Shown here: positions 18,201 through 26,585 of the stretch, piece after piece
How positions within the stretch are numbered: the stretch's first letter is position 1
How the letters are laid out: each line of letters opens with the position of its first letter
Notes under the pieces: model-generated
What the model saw: the letters and a program-made list of their open reading frames with translations, nothing else
Database searches by the model: none
What the model was told of the DNA's origin: nothing
NCBI GenBank assembly: GCA_963819655.1
Contig: CAWFXA010000002.1
Span: 800,001 to 864,000 of the forward strand
Length of the DNA: 64,000 nucleotides
Reading direction: 5' to 3'
Source of the DNA: an uncultured Chloroflexia bacterium
GTDB taxonomy: Bacteria; Chloroflexota; Limnocylindria; Limnocylindrales; CSP1-4
Position numbers and translations under genes: made by a program

Positions 18201-18820
18201 CGAACAAAGTGTGGGACGGCACGACGGCAGCATCAGTCGTGACGACCACGGTCGTCGGGGCTCTCGTTGGCGACGACGTCGAATTGACTGGTGGTACCGC
18301 CACCTTCGCAAGCAGCACGGTCGGGACGTGGACCGTCACCCTGACCGGTGCCGGCCTGATGGGGTCTGACGCCGGCAACTACAACCTGACATCGGTCGAG
18401 ACGACGACCGCAACGATCACGACGGCCTTCCGCATCATCGGGTTCGATAGTCCGGTCGACATGACTGTCGTCGGCAATCCGCGTATCTACAACTCGGTCA
18501 AGAACGGCCAGACGGTTCCTCTGAAGTTCCGCGTGTTCAATCTGAACGGGACCGAGGTGACGAGCACGACCGGCCTCAGCGCATGGGCTCGCAACGTGGG
18601 CTGTGCGAGCGGCATCGTGGAACCGGACCTCATCCCGGTCGCCTCGACCGCTGACACCGGACTGCGGCGGACGGGCGATCGGTTCCACTTCAACTGGGCC
18701 GTGCCCAAGGGCGCCCTCAAGTGCTATCAAGTCCTGATCCAGACCGTCGACGGCTCGACCACGATGGTTGGTAGCCTGAGCGGGACACCCGTCCAGGAGG
18801 CGTGGTTCAAGTCCAAGTAG
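15230..18820 (+). CDS. Large secreted repetitive adhesin-like protein (Pro/Thr/Glu linker, Ig-like/MBG-like repeats, YDG-like and C-terminal PxKF-like domains)
   Basis: Signal peptide (..PVAA|EDP); DYPPGGLVTLTGSGW; TKVFADDDPTFSW..GFVNGE (MBG); ANKVWDGTTAA..DAGNY (YDG-like); VKNGQTVPLKF. Confidence 0.85.
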   Translation: MSRVSSRLSFVGHRSLVAIQTFLLIATLFAPIPVAAEDPTDDPGASAPPTTEPAATPDPTPDPTAEPTAEPTPDPTPEPPAATPDPTPEPTAEPPTAEPPTAEPPTAEPPAATPDPTTEPSTSVGTPTIQSDLADYPPGGLVTLTGSGWQPGESVHIFVNDDWGSSWSRNVDVIADASGAIVDQFNLPNWFVAVYSVTATGSISGAATTSFTDARVVTTATLNGGTTVTVNTGGSISAVVNVTTDGSGANARWRSTSWSIATTDPAGTSAGTCVNHGNHDLAGSYSESFSITAPPTAGTYNAYFKAHADDGCGIANGPSALFKLTDGVIARWPTTTMLSSSGSPSVFGTLVTFTATVTATGGNPSGVGTVNFSAGSGPLCTAVALSGNTATCSTSTLTVTGSPHTITAQYNGTTTGSPQFAPSALATLSGGQTITKASSTTTVTCPAGPYTYTGLAQTPCTATVTGAGGLSLSPTPDYTANTNAGTATASYTYGGDDNHTGSDDSDSFTIDKATLAVDADDQTKVFADDDPTFSWTYSGFVNGETADDVTISGAADCSRDPGETVLGGPYAITCAPGDLLADNYTFVTGEPGALTITKASSTTTVTCPAGPYTYTGLAQTPCTATVTGAGGLSLSPTPDYTANTNAGTATASYTYGGDDNHTGSDDSDSFTIDKADAVCTVTGYDVVYDAAAHTATGSCVGVEDETLAGLDLSTTTHTNAGTYADDPWSFIDLTGNYNDTSGTVADQIDKAPSSTVVTCLAGPFVYSGSAHTPCSAAVTGAGGLSETLTVSYTDNVDAGTATASAGYAGDDNHEASSDSETFTIDKAPSSTVVTCLAGPFVYSGSAHTPCSAAVTGAGGLSETLTVSYTDNVDAGTATASAGYAGDDNHEASSDSETFTIDKAPSSTVVTFEAGPYIYRGTSFAATALATGVGGLSIAVAVDYSGDCTNVTIAGGCTASATFAGDLNHYGSGDSKSITILRKNVTGAFTAANKVWDGTTAASVVTTTVVGALVGDDVELTGGTATFASSTVGTWTVTLTGAGLMGSDAGNYNLTSVETTTATITTAFRIIGFDSPVDMTVVGNPRIYNSVKNGQTVPLKFRVFNLNGTEVTSTTGLSAWARNVGCASGIVEPDLIPVASTADTGLRRTGDRFHFNWAVPKGALKCYQVLIQTVDGSTTMVGSLSGTPVQEAWFKSK
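15496..15557 (+). repeat. 15-bp tandem repeat encoding (PTAEP)n
   Basis: GCCGACCGCCGAGCC repeated about 4 times. Confidence 0.85.
16525..17253 (+). repeat. 243-bp direct repeat, two apparently identical copies (16525-16767, 17011-17253)
   Basis: Both encode TITKASSTTTVTCPAGPYTY...DSFTIDKA; no nucleotide difference seen by eye. Confidence 0.9.
17470..17960 (+). repeat. 228-bp tandem repeat, two full copies plus a partial third
   Basis: Units start at 17470, 17698 and 17926 and encode IDKAPSSTVVTCLAGPFVY...SETFT. Confidence 0.9.
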
Positions 18821-18826
18821 GAGCTC

Positions 18827-19354
18827 GTGTCAACCCAAGCAACAGCTGCGAGGATCGGCCAGGGGCCGGTCCTCGCTGTCATCCTGGGAGCCGCCGCGGT
18901 CGTCGGGTTCGGGATCGGCACTCTGATCGGCAGCCAGGATCCGAGGTCCACCTCGGGCGCTCCGGTCGCCTCCGCCGCGCTGGGGAGCCCGCCGCCGACG
19001 CCCGCCGCCACGCCGATGTTGACGGCCTCTCCAGCGCCGTCTTCGTCGGCCGCGGCGAGCCCGTCGCAACGTGCCCCGAGCCCAGCTCCGCCGCAGGAGA
19101 TCATCCTCACGCTCAGCGGGACCGAGCACGACGTCAGCGACCCATTCGAGGTGATCTCGGGCTGGCAGATCCAATGGCAGACGGACGGTGCCTCACTGGC
19201 GATCGCTGTGACCGGCGATCAGAACCTCGGGGTCATCGTGGATGAACCCGGACCGGCCAGCGGCGTGACCTCGCTCGCGCCCGCCGGCACGTTCCGCCTC
19301 GACATCGCAGCCAGTGGTCCCTGGGCGATCACGGTCGTCCAGGGTGGCGGCTGA
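18827..19354 (+). CDS. Membrane-anchored hypothetical protein with Ser/Pro/Ala linker and small beta domain
   Basis: AGGAG RBS; one TM; LTLSGT..SDPF..GWQIQW..GTFRLDIAASGPWAITV. Confidence 0.7.
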   Translation: MSTQATAARIGQGPVLAVILGAAAVVGFGIGTLIGSQDPRSTSGAPVASAALGSPPPTPAATPMLTASPAPSSSAAASPSQRAPSPAPPQEIILTLSGTEHDVSDPFEVISGWQIQWQTDGASLAIAVTGDQNLGVIVDEPGPASGVTSLAPAGTFRLDIAASGPWAITVVQGGG

Positions 19355-19356
19355 CC

Positions 19357-20196
19357 TTACGGCGCCTTCGGGTCGACGAACCGGCAGCGCGCCCGAAGCG
19401 GACACGCGTCGTGGTCCGGCCGCTGCGCGTGGCACACCTTGCGACCATGCTGGATCAGATTGACGTGTGCCTCGTACATCTGATCGGGCTGGAACACGCC
19501 AAGGAACAGGTCGTGCGCCTCGTCGACCGTCGCCTTCGGTGGCAGCAGGCCGACCCGGTGTGCGACGCGCTCGACGTGGCGGTCGATCGGCATCAGTGGC
19601 ATCCCGAACGAGAAGAGCAGCAGGACGGACGCAGTCTTCTTGCCGATGCCATCGATCTGGGTCAGCCAGTCGCGCGCCTCGAGCGCCGTCATGCCACCGA
19701 GGAATTCCAGCGAATAGTCGCCGCGCTCCTCTCGGATCCGTCGGAGCGTCGCCTGGAGCCGTGGCGCCTTCTGGTTGGCCAGGCCGCCCGGACGGATCAC
19801 GTCGGTCAGTTCGGGGAGCGGCGCGAACTCGACCGCAGCCCAATCCGGTGGGGCCCCGTCCGGTAGACCGACGCCGCCCCAGCCGGCACCCGGGTGGTGG
19901 GCCTCGGGCGGCAGCCCGCTCGGGTAGGCATGCCGAAGCGCCTCGAAGGCGACCTCGGCGTTCACGTCGGCGCTGTTCTGGGTCAGGATCGTGAGGATCA
20001 GCTCGCTCGTCGGATCGAGCCGTCGCTCCCAGACCGGGTGTCCATACAGCCCGGCGAGCCCGTCCAGCGTGAAGCGCACGAGCCCTGGGCGGTAGCGCTC
20101 GAGCCGCCTGGCGTAGCTCGCGCCCGGGTTCGAGAACCTGCGCTTCTTCGGGCGGCGTCGCTTGGCTGCCCCCGGCGGTCGCGTCGACGACGTCAC
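19357..20196 (-). CDS. Endonuclease III-like HhH-GPD DNA glycosylase with 4Fe-4S motif
   Basis: ELILTILTQNS, IDGIGKKTA HhH, PIDRHV, C-X6-H-X2-C-X5-C (second Cys is His); GTGA overlap with vapC stop. Confidence 0.88.
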   Translation of the reverse strand: MTSSTRPPGAAKRRRPKKRRFSNPGASYARRLERYRPGLVRFTLDGLAGLYGHPVWERRLDPTSELILTILTQNSADVNAEVAFEALRHAYPSGLPPEAHHPGAGWGGVGLPDGAPPDWAAVEFAPLPELTDVIRPGGLANQKAPRLQATLRRIREERGDYSLEFLGGMTALEARDWLTQIDGIGKKTASVLLLFSFGMPLMPIDRHVERVAHRVGLLPPKATVDEAHDLFLGVFQPDQMYEAHVNLIQHGRKVCHAQRPDHDACPLRARCRFVDPKAP

Positions 20197-20579
20197 CAGA
20201 TGGTCTCGACGTCGTACCGGGTGATCGCCGCATCCTTTGTGATGATGGGCATCGACTCGAGCTGGGCTTGCGCGACGAGGACGCGGTCGAACGGATCTGA
20301 ATGGATCATCGGCAGCGTCGCAGCTCGCACCGCGTGGCGTGCGTCGATGCAGACGGTCCCCCACCGATTTCGACGAAGTCGGTCGGCGACGTACGCATCG
20401 ACCTGCATCGGGAGATCCAACCTGCCCCTGGTCGCCTTGAGGGCCACTTCCCAGATCGATGCCGCGCTGACGACGATGTCATTGCGCCCATCATGGATGA
20501 CCCGTCGAGCGAGGCCCGACAACCGGTCGTCGTCCAGGTTCCACCAAAGGAACGCGTGCGTGTCGAGCAAAGCACGCAC
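20193..20579 (-). CDS. vapC: VapC PIN-domain toxin
   Basis: LLDTHAFLWW, VSAASIWE, HSDPFDRVLVAQA, IITKD. Confidence 0.93.
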   Translation of the reverse strand: MRALLDTHAFLWWNLDDDRLSGLARRVIHDGRNDIVVSAASIWEVALKATRGRLDLPMQVDAYVADRLRRNRWGTVCIDARHAVRAATLPMIHSDPFDRVLVAQAQLESMPIITKDAAITRYDVETIW

Positions 20580-20806
20580 TAGGTGTGTTCCTCGAATTCC
20601 GGGAGCGGGTCATCGAAGTCGTCATGGATGACAACCAGTCCCTTGTCGATCCCAGGGACCCGATCTGGGGGTCGGTCTTCCGCTGGCGAGAGGACGGCTA
20701 TCGGCTTGCCGGCGCGCGCGATCGTTATCCGCTCGCCTGCCTCGACACGCGCCAGGAGTCGAGACAGATGTGTCTTTGCTTGGTGGATGTTGACGACGTC
20801 CGCCAT
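20579..20806 (-). CDS. Phd/YefM-family antitoxin
   Basis: VNIHQAKTHLSRLL..VEAGE.ITIARAGKPIA...DDFDDPLP. Confidence 0.93.
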   Translation of the reverse strand: MADVVNIHQAKTHLSRLLARVEAGERITIARAGKPIAVLSPAEDRPPDRVPGIDKGLVVIHDDFDDPLPEFEEHT

Positions 20807-20818
20807 GGAGTCATGATG

Positions 20819-20841
20819 GACTAAGTCAGGAGACTAAGTCA
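20819..20841. promoter_or_regulatory. Tandem palindromic operators (GACTAAGTC x2) upstream of the antitoxin
   Basis: GACTAAGTCA at 20819-20828 and 20832-20841; each is a GACT-N-AGTC palindrome, 13 nt upstream of the antitoxin ATG. Confidence 0.65.
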
Positions 20842-21938
20842 ACCAGGTTGGCAAGCCGCGTCCCACAACGCACCACCGGATCGATGCCCGCTGACATCAC
20901 TTCCTCGACGGTCTGTGGGCGCTCGATGACGGGCACGGCGATCGCGCCCGCCTCGGCGAGCGCGGCGATTCCCTCCACCTCCACCCCGCCGCCGACCGCT
21001 ATGCAGGGCACGCCGGCCACGGCCGCCCGCCTGGCGACTCCAAGCGCCGTCTTGCCGAAACCTGTCTGCGCGTCGATCCGGCCTTCGCCGGTGATCACGA
21101 GGTCCGCCTTCGAGAGCTTGCCATCGAACTCGCTGGCATCCATCACGAGCTCAACGCCTGGCCGCAGAGCAAAGGTCCGAAACCGCCTTTGGATCGCCAA
21201 CAACGCGAACCCCACACCACCGGCCGCCCCGGCTCCGGGGATGTCGCGGGCCTTCTGCCTTGCTGCGAGCTCGAGTTGGTCCGCCCAGGCACTGAGCCAG
21301 CGATCACTTTGCGCGACCGTGTCAGGTGTCAGGCCTTTCTGCGGCCCATACACGGCGGCGGCGCCAGTGGGTCCCAGGAGCGGATTGGCGACGTCACAAG
21401 CCACCTGCATGTCGACGGATGCAAGACGTGGATCCAAGCCTTCGAGATCGGCGGCGGGACCGGACCAGTCCACCTGGGCGCCTAGCGCCTGCAAGAGGCC
21501 AGCGCCGCCGTCGGTCGTCGCACTCCCGCCGATTCCAAGGATCATGCGCCTGGCACCGGAATCGAGGGCCTGCTTGATCAGTTCGCCGGTGCCACGGCTG
21601 GTGGCGCCAACGGCATGTTCCGCACGCTCCTCGCGAGTGAGCTTTGTCAGTCCCGATGCTTCGGCCATCTCGATGTATGCCGTGCGACCATCGGCAGAGT
21701 GAAGCCATGCGGCCTCGGTCTGGCGAAGGATCGGATCTGACGCGGCGGTCCGGACCCAGGTCCAGCCACCCGCATAGGCCAGCGCGTAGATGGTTCCAGC
21801 GCCACCGTCGCCGAGTGGAGCGTGAAGGATCTCGTCGTCCGGCCGACCGATCGACCAGCCCGCCGCCAACGCTCGCGCGACTTCGACCGACGTCAGCGAA
21901 CCCTTGAACGAGTCCGGCGCGATCAACACGACGCTCAC
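20826..21938 (-). CDS. glxK: Glycerate kinase (GlxK/GarK family)
   Basis: IAPDSFKGS, IEMAEASG, GIGGSATTDGG, GAAAVYGPQKG, GAGAAGG, VITGEGRID. Confidence 0.93.
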   Translation of the reverse strand: MSVVLIAPDSFKGSLTSVEVARALAAGWSIGRPDDEILHAPLGDGGAGTIYALAYAGGWTWVRTAASDPILRQTEAAWLHSADGRTAYIEMAEASGLTKLTREERAEHAVGATSRGTGELIKQALDSGARRMILGIGGSATTDGGAGLLQALGAQVDWSGPAADLEGLDPRLASVDMQVACDVANPLLGPTGAAAVYGPQKGLTPDTVAQSDRWLSAWADQLELAARQKARDIPGAGAAGGVGFALLAIQRRFRTFALRPGVELVMDASEFDGKLSKADLVITGEGRIDAQTGFGKTALGVARRAAVAGVPCIAVGGGVEVEGIAALAEAGAIAVPVIERPQTVEEVMSAGIDPVVRCGTRLANLVDLVS

Positions 21939-22450
21939 CGCAGGTCCTTGTAGTAGTAGGTCGCAGCTTCCGGGACACCGGCCGTGTCGAGGGCGTAGTC
22001 CGGGATGGTGCCCACCGTCTGCCAGCCGAGCGATTCGTACATGGCAGCTGCCGGGCTGCCCGTCACCGTGTCGAGCACCAGCATCCAGCGACCCTCGCTG
22101 CGGGCTCGCTCTTCGGCGGCGTTCATGAGCGCACGGCCGAGACCCTGCCGCCGCGCCGACCGATGGACGATGACCTTGCCGATCTCGGCGCGGTGGGGCG
22201 AGTTCGGGTTGCGCGAGCGCTCGAGAAGCGTGGAGCCAACGATCCGGTCACCGTCGCGCGCGACGAAGACCGTGATCGTGCCGGCCGTGACCCCTGCCGA
22301 CCGGGCCACCCACCAGGCCATCGCGTCGGCCGGTGTGACACCCGACAGGAAGTTGACCGACGCGCCGCCATCGACGGCGTCCTTCAGAAGGGCTCCGAGC
22401 CCCTCGACCGCGTCGGCGAATGACGCGGGCTCGAGGGCTTCGATGTTCAC
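21935..22450 (-). CDS. GNAT acetyltransferase (tabtoxin-resistance Ttr-like)
   Basis: GASVNF, HRAEIGKVIVH..ARRQGLGRALM, LVLDTVTGS. Confidence 0.88.
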   Translation of the reverse strand: MNIEALEPASFADAVEGLGALLKDAVDGGASVNFLSGVTPADAMAWWVARSAGVTAGTITVFVARDGDRIVGSTLLERSRNPNSPHRAEIGKVIVHRSARRQGLGRALMNAAEERARSEGRWMLVLDTVTGSPAAAMYESLGWQTVGTIPDYALDTAGVPEAATYYYKDLR

Positions 22451-24393
22451 CGGATGGACGGGTCGAGCGTCGCCCCGATCGCCGCGCGTCGACGCTCCAG
22501 GTACTCCGGGATGCGGATCATCGGCGGGCGCTCCTGGTCGGCGAGCTCGATGACCTCGAGCGACAGCCGGCCTTTCCCGGAGCGGGGCAGCTTCATGGTC
22601 GACCCGAGCTCGGCGAACAGCCGCGCCTTGCGCCGCTCCTCGAGCCGCTTCATCACCGCCTGCAGGATCACGAACGACATCCGCGTGAGCCCCTCGAGCT
22701 CCTGGTTCCGGTGCACCCGCCGCTCAAGGTCCACCTGGCCGAGACCCTCGATCCCGACCCGCTCGGCTGCATCGATCAGGTGGCCGATCTCGACCGCGTA
22801 GCCCGTGAAGAACGGGATCGATTCGAGGAGCGTTCGCCGTCCCGCGTATTCGCCGGCGAGCGGCTGGATGAGCCCCGACAGCTCGGGGTAAAAGAGATTG
22901 ATCAGCGGACGAGCGACGAGCTCCGTGACCCGGCCGCCGCCGCCCTCCTTGAGAACGCCCCCCTCGACGATCGGGCGCTGGTAGTACGCCTTCACATATT
23001 GCAGGCGCGTCTCGTGGAGCAGCGGGCCGAGCGTCCCGTAGACCATCCGGTGGTGCCAGTGCCGGACGTCGGTGTCGGCCCACACGATGATGTCGCCGCT
23101 GGTGGCGAACAGCGACTTCCAGAGGGCCTCGCCCTTGCCGCGGAACGAGCCGTAGCGGGCGAGCACGTCGGGGTGCTGGACGACCGTGGCACCCTCGGCC
23201 TCGGCGATCTCGCGCGTGCGGTCGGTGGACGCGGAGTCGATGACCAGGACCTCGTCGAGCAGCGGCACCCGCCCGACCATCTCGCGCATGGCCTTGCGCA
23301 CGATCGGCCCGATCGTCTCCTCCTCGTTAAGCGTCGGCAGCACGAGCGACACCGTGACGCCCTGCTTCTCCTTCAGCTGGACGAGGCGTCGCAGGTCGGC
23401 GAACTCGGCGTGGTGGAAGTTCGACTCGCCGAACCAGCGCTCGACGCGGGCTGGCACGGCCCGGGCTTCCTCGGCTGCCCGATCGGCGGCGATCAACGAC
23501 TCGGCCTTGCCCGCGAGCGTGTCGAAGGTCGCGCCGCCGATCTCCTCGCGCGTCTTGACGACGACGACCGACGGCCTGGCACGCGCGGCGATCGCCTCGG
23601 GGAGTGCCCCGAACAGGTACGAGTCGACGCCATCGCCGCCCGGCACAGCCGACGCACCCATGACGACGAGGTCCGCCTTCTCGGCCTCACGCAGGATCGC
23701 GTTGCGCACGTTGGGCGCCTCGCGCAGGACCGCCTCGCCCTTGCCCTTCAGGTGCTGCTTGATGAACGTGGCAAGCGCCCGTTCCGCCTGGGCTCGCACG
23801 GCCATCGTGATGCCCGGCGGCACGAGATGGAGCACGACGACCGTGGCCCCGTGATACGTCGCGATGGCATCGGCGAACCGGATCGCGAGCTCGGCGTGAG
23901 GGCCGCCGCGGACGGGGACGAGGACGCGCTTGATGTCCCGTGACCCGCGCTGCTTGACGACGGCGATGTCGCACGGGGACTCGCGCACGACCTCGTCGAT
24001 GGTCGGCGAGAACACCGTGGGGCCGCCATTTCGCCCGTCGTTGCCGATCGGCGTCTTGCCACCCCAGCCGAAGATGATGAGGTCCGCCTCCTGCTCGGCC
24101 GACGCCTCGATGATGCCCTCCGACGCGTGCCGCCCGATACGGACGATGGGGTGGATCGGCGTACCGCTTGGGGCGTAATCGAGGACCTTCTGGAGGAGGC
24201 GGCGGGCGTGCCGGGCACGGGTCGCGCCCTCGGACAAGGGCATCCCCTCGGGCACCTCGACGATCCCGAGGGCGGACAGCTCGCCGGCCCGCGGGTCGAG
24301 CATGGCCGCTCCCAGCCGGATCAGCTCCTCGGCCGTGCCCGGGTTTGCGACCGGGATCAGGATGCGCGCCGGCAACGGCGATCTGAGACTCAT
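22447..24393 (-). CDS. gpgS: Glucosyl-3-phosphoglycerate synthase fused to two N-terminal universal stress protein domains
   Basis: USP: RILIPVANP, VLVPVRGGPHA, DLVVMGA; GpgS: LPTLNEEETIG, GKGEALWKS, WADTD, GGRVTELVARP, QPLAGEYA, RVHRNQ. Confidence 0.88.
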   Translation of the reverse strand: MSLRSPLPARILIPVANPGTAEELIRLGAAMLDPRAGELSALGIVEVPEGMPLSEGATRARHARRLLQKVLDYAPSGTPIHPIVRIGRHASEGIIEASAEQEADLIIFGWGGKTPIGNDGRNGGPTVFSPTIDEVVRESPCDIAVVKQRGSRDIKRVLVPVRGGPHAELAIRFADAIATYHGATVVVLHLVPPGITMAVRAQAERALATFIKQHLKGKGEAVLREAPNVRNAILREAEKADLVVMGASAVPGGDGVDSYLFGALPEAIAARARPSVVVVKTREEIGGATFDTLAGKAESLIAADRAAEEARAVPARVERWFGESNFHHAEFADLRRLVQLKEKQGVTVSLVLPTLNEEETIGPIVRKAMREMVGRVPLLDEVLVIDSASTDRTREIAEAEGATVVQHPDVLARYGSFRGKGEALWKSLFATSGDIIVWADTDVRHWHHRMVYGTLGPLLHETRLQYVKAYYQRPIVEGGVLKEGGGGRVTELVARPLINLFYPELSGLIQPLAGEYAGRRTLLESIPFFTGYAVEIGHLIDAAERVGIEGLGQVDLERRVHRNQELEGLTRMSFVILQAVMKRLEERRKARLFAELGSTMKLPRSGKGRLSLEVIELADQERPPMIRIPEYLERRRAAIGATLDPSIR

Positions 24394-25763
24394 GCGGCTC
24401 CCGCGCCCCAGCGCTGGACGAGGTACGGCTTGAGCCGCTCGAACTCGCGGGCCTGACGCTCGACGCGCTCCTCCGCCTGGTCGGTCGTGATGTGCCGGTT
24501 CTCGATGACGAACGAGCCGACCCGGCCGAAGTAGATCGGGACGAGCGCCGCGACAAGGCTCTCCAGGGGGTGCGGTGGTTTCCGCGCGCTGACGACGAGG
24601 TCGTACACGACCCGTGCCCAGACGTCATCCGGGAAGTGGAACGCGCTGACAGCCTCGGCCATCTCGAGGGTCGTGGCCGACGTCGATGCGACGTCGCCGC
24701 CGATGCCGAGTCGCGCCCGCGCGGTGTCGCCGAGCTGCCCGGCCTCCGCCGCGAGCTCCATCACCGTTTCGAGCGACTCGGGGGATAGCATCGAGCTCCA
24801 CATGTCGGCGAGCGCCAGCGATCCGGCGTGGAACTCCGACAGGAGCCGGAGCGTGTTCACCTCGAGCGGTGGCGGGTCGATGATCCGCTCGAACCCGTAG
24901 GCCGGGACGTCATGGCTGCCGCGGATCGGCAGCCAGTGGTCGGCGTTGCGCACGGCCAGCCGCAGGATCGTGCCGACGACCTGGCGGAACATCGGGCCGA
25001 GGTCGGCGCCGGGGTCCTTCGGGTCGTGGATCTTCGCCCCGAGGCGTGTCTGGCACACGGCAAACCCGCCGGTCAGCGCCGATGTCGTCATCCAGATATC
25101 GATGCCGAATTTGCTGACGTCGTCCGTCCAGTCGTCGAGCGTCAGGTAGTGCCGGACCAGGTCGCCGCTGACGCCGAAATCGCCACCGATCGGCTGGCGG
25201 ATCCGATGGCCGTACAGCGCTCGCGTGAGCGGATACGTGACGGTGTTGGTGATCGTGCCGTCGTACTTGTAGCGGGCATACAGCGGCGCCACGAAGTCAT
25301 AGCCGCCCTTGAGGATGGGGCCCGAGAGCAGCTCGATCCACTCCGGCACGATCGAGCGCAGGTCGGAGTCGACCACGACGAGCGCCTGGACCTCGAGCGC
25401 CGCGGCGATCTCGAAGATCGTGCGCAGGGCCGCGCCCTTGCCGCCGACCCCGTCGATCTCCGGATAGGTGAGGCTGACGCGCTCGAGCTTGTGGTTCGGG
25501 CGGGTCAGCAGGATCTGCTCGACGTAGTCGGGCGGCTCGGTCTCGATGACGACGCGGCCGGTGCCGTCCGGTGAGCCGGCGTCCGAATTGACGACGACGG
25601 GCCGGAGATCCGGGAAGTACTGGACCAGACCGGCCTGCGCCGCGCGCACGACATAGCCGATCGTCGCCGCGTTTTTGAAACTGGGGATGCCGACCATGAT
25701 GTCGGCCGAGCCGAGCCGGGCGATCTGATCCCGGACGGTCGGTGTCAGAACTGTTTGGGGCAT
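24390..25763 (-). CDS. Glycosyltransferase of the glucosylglycerate/mannosylglycerate synthase (Ggs/Mgs-like) type
   Basis: GIPSFKNA, GKGAAL, VDSDLRSI, YKYDGTITN, RQPIGGDF, FGIDIWMT, AKIHDPKDP. Confidence 0.82.
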   Translation of the reverse strand: MPQTVLTPTVRDQIARLGSADIMVGIPSFKNAATIGYVVRAAQAGLVQYFPDLRPVVVNSDAGSPDGTGRVVIETEPPDYVEQILLTRPNHKLERVSLTYPEIDGVGGKGAALRTIFEIAAALEVQALVVVDSDLRSIVPEWIELLSGPILKGGYDFVAPLYARYKYDGTITNTVTYPLTRALYGHRIRQPIGGDFGVSGDLVRHYLTLDDWTDDVSKFGIDIWMTTSALTGGFAVCQTRLGAKIHDPKDPGADLGPMFRQVVGTILRLAVRNADHWLPIRGSHDVPAYGFERIIDPPPLEVNTLRLLSEFHAGSLALADMWSSMLSPESLETVMELAAEAGQLGDTARARLGIGGDVASTSATTLEMAEAVSAFHFPDDVWARVVYDLVVSARKPPHPLESLVAALVPIYFGRVGSFVIENRHITTDQAEERVERQAREFERLKPYLVQRWGAGAA

Positions 25764-25840
25764 CGCCTAGACCGTACACCGCTCAGCGATGCCGTGTCTT
25801 GGTCGGCAGGATCAGGAACCGAGAATCGGCCGCCGAGTTG

Positions 25841-26542
25841 CTAGCGGCGCGGCATTTCCGCTTGGGTCCAGTCGGTGGCGGTCTCACCCGGGTGGTAGCG
25901 GGAGTTGGCGGCCTTGAATGTCATCGCGCGGAAACCCTGTGCTCGCCACGAGCCGATCCACGTCCCGATCGGCTCACGGACGTACGGGGTCGCGCGGACG
26001 AGCTGGCTCGGCGTCAGGATCAATTCGAGGATGCGCTTCCGCTCGAGCAGCGGGACGTCGAGAAGCCACTGACCGTCCAGCCAGAGCAGATCGACGACGA
26101 CGAGATTGACGACGTCCTCATCGTCGAAGCGAAGCTCCTCGGTCTCCGCCTCGCGCCGTTTCTCGTGCTCGTCGATCCGGTCGCGCCGCCCGCCGATGAG
26201 CAACCGCGACATCTGTCCGGCCGCCGTCGGGTACTCGGGCGTCCACGTGTGCACCCCGACTCCCTCGGACGCGATCTGTTTCGTCAGGTAGCCGTCGAAG
26301 ATCGCGCCCGCGCCCACAAGGCCGCTCGTGGCGCGCTCCAGGGCGCCAGCGAGTGGCTGGTGCCCGTCGAGCGTCTCGCCATCGACCCAAATGGTCCCGC
26401 GACCGTCGCCGACCGCCGCCAGGACCCGGTGACCCGGCCACGCTGGCTCGACCAGCGCGTCGGAGATGTTCGTCGGGCGGGTGCCCCCGAACTCCTGGGG
26501 CCGGAGCTGCCGAACGAGGTCGTGTGCGTCGCTGCCGATCAT
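25841..26542 (-). CDS. ATP-dependent DNA ligase adenylation-domain homolog, catalytically degenerate
   Basis: EPAWPGHR, IFDGYL, VDLLWLDG..LLDVPLLERKRIL, FKAANSRYHPG..DW; TACGAT 8 nt before ATG. Confidence 0.75.
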   Translation of the reverse strand: MIGSDAHDLVRQLRPQEFGGTRPTNISDALVEPAWPGHRVLAAVGDGRGTIWVDGETLDGHQPLAGALERATSGLVGAGAIFDGYLTKQIASEGVGVHTWTPEYPTAAGQMSRLLIGGRRDRIDEHEKRREAETEELRFDDEDVVNLVVVDLLWLDGQWLLDVPLLERKRILELILTPSQLVRATPYVREPIGTWIGSWRAQGFRAMTFKAANSRYHPGETATDWTQAEMPRR

Positions 26543-26585
26543 CTCCACGCATCGTAGCGGGACTAGGCCCGCGTATCATCCGGCC

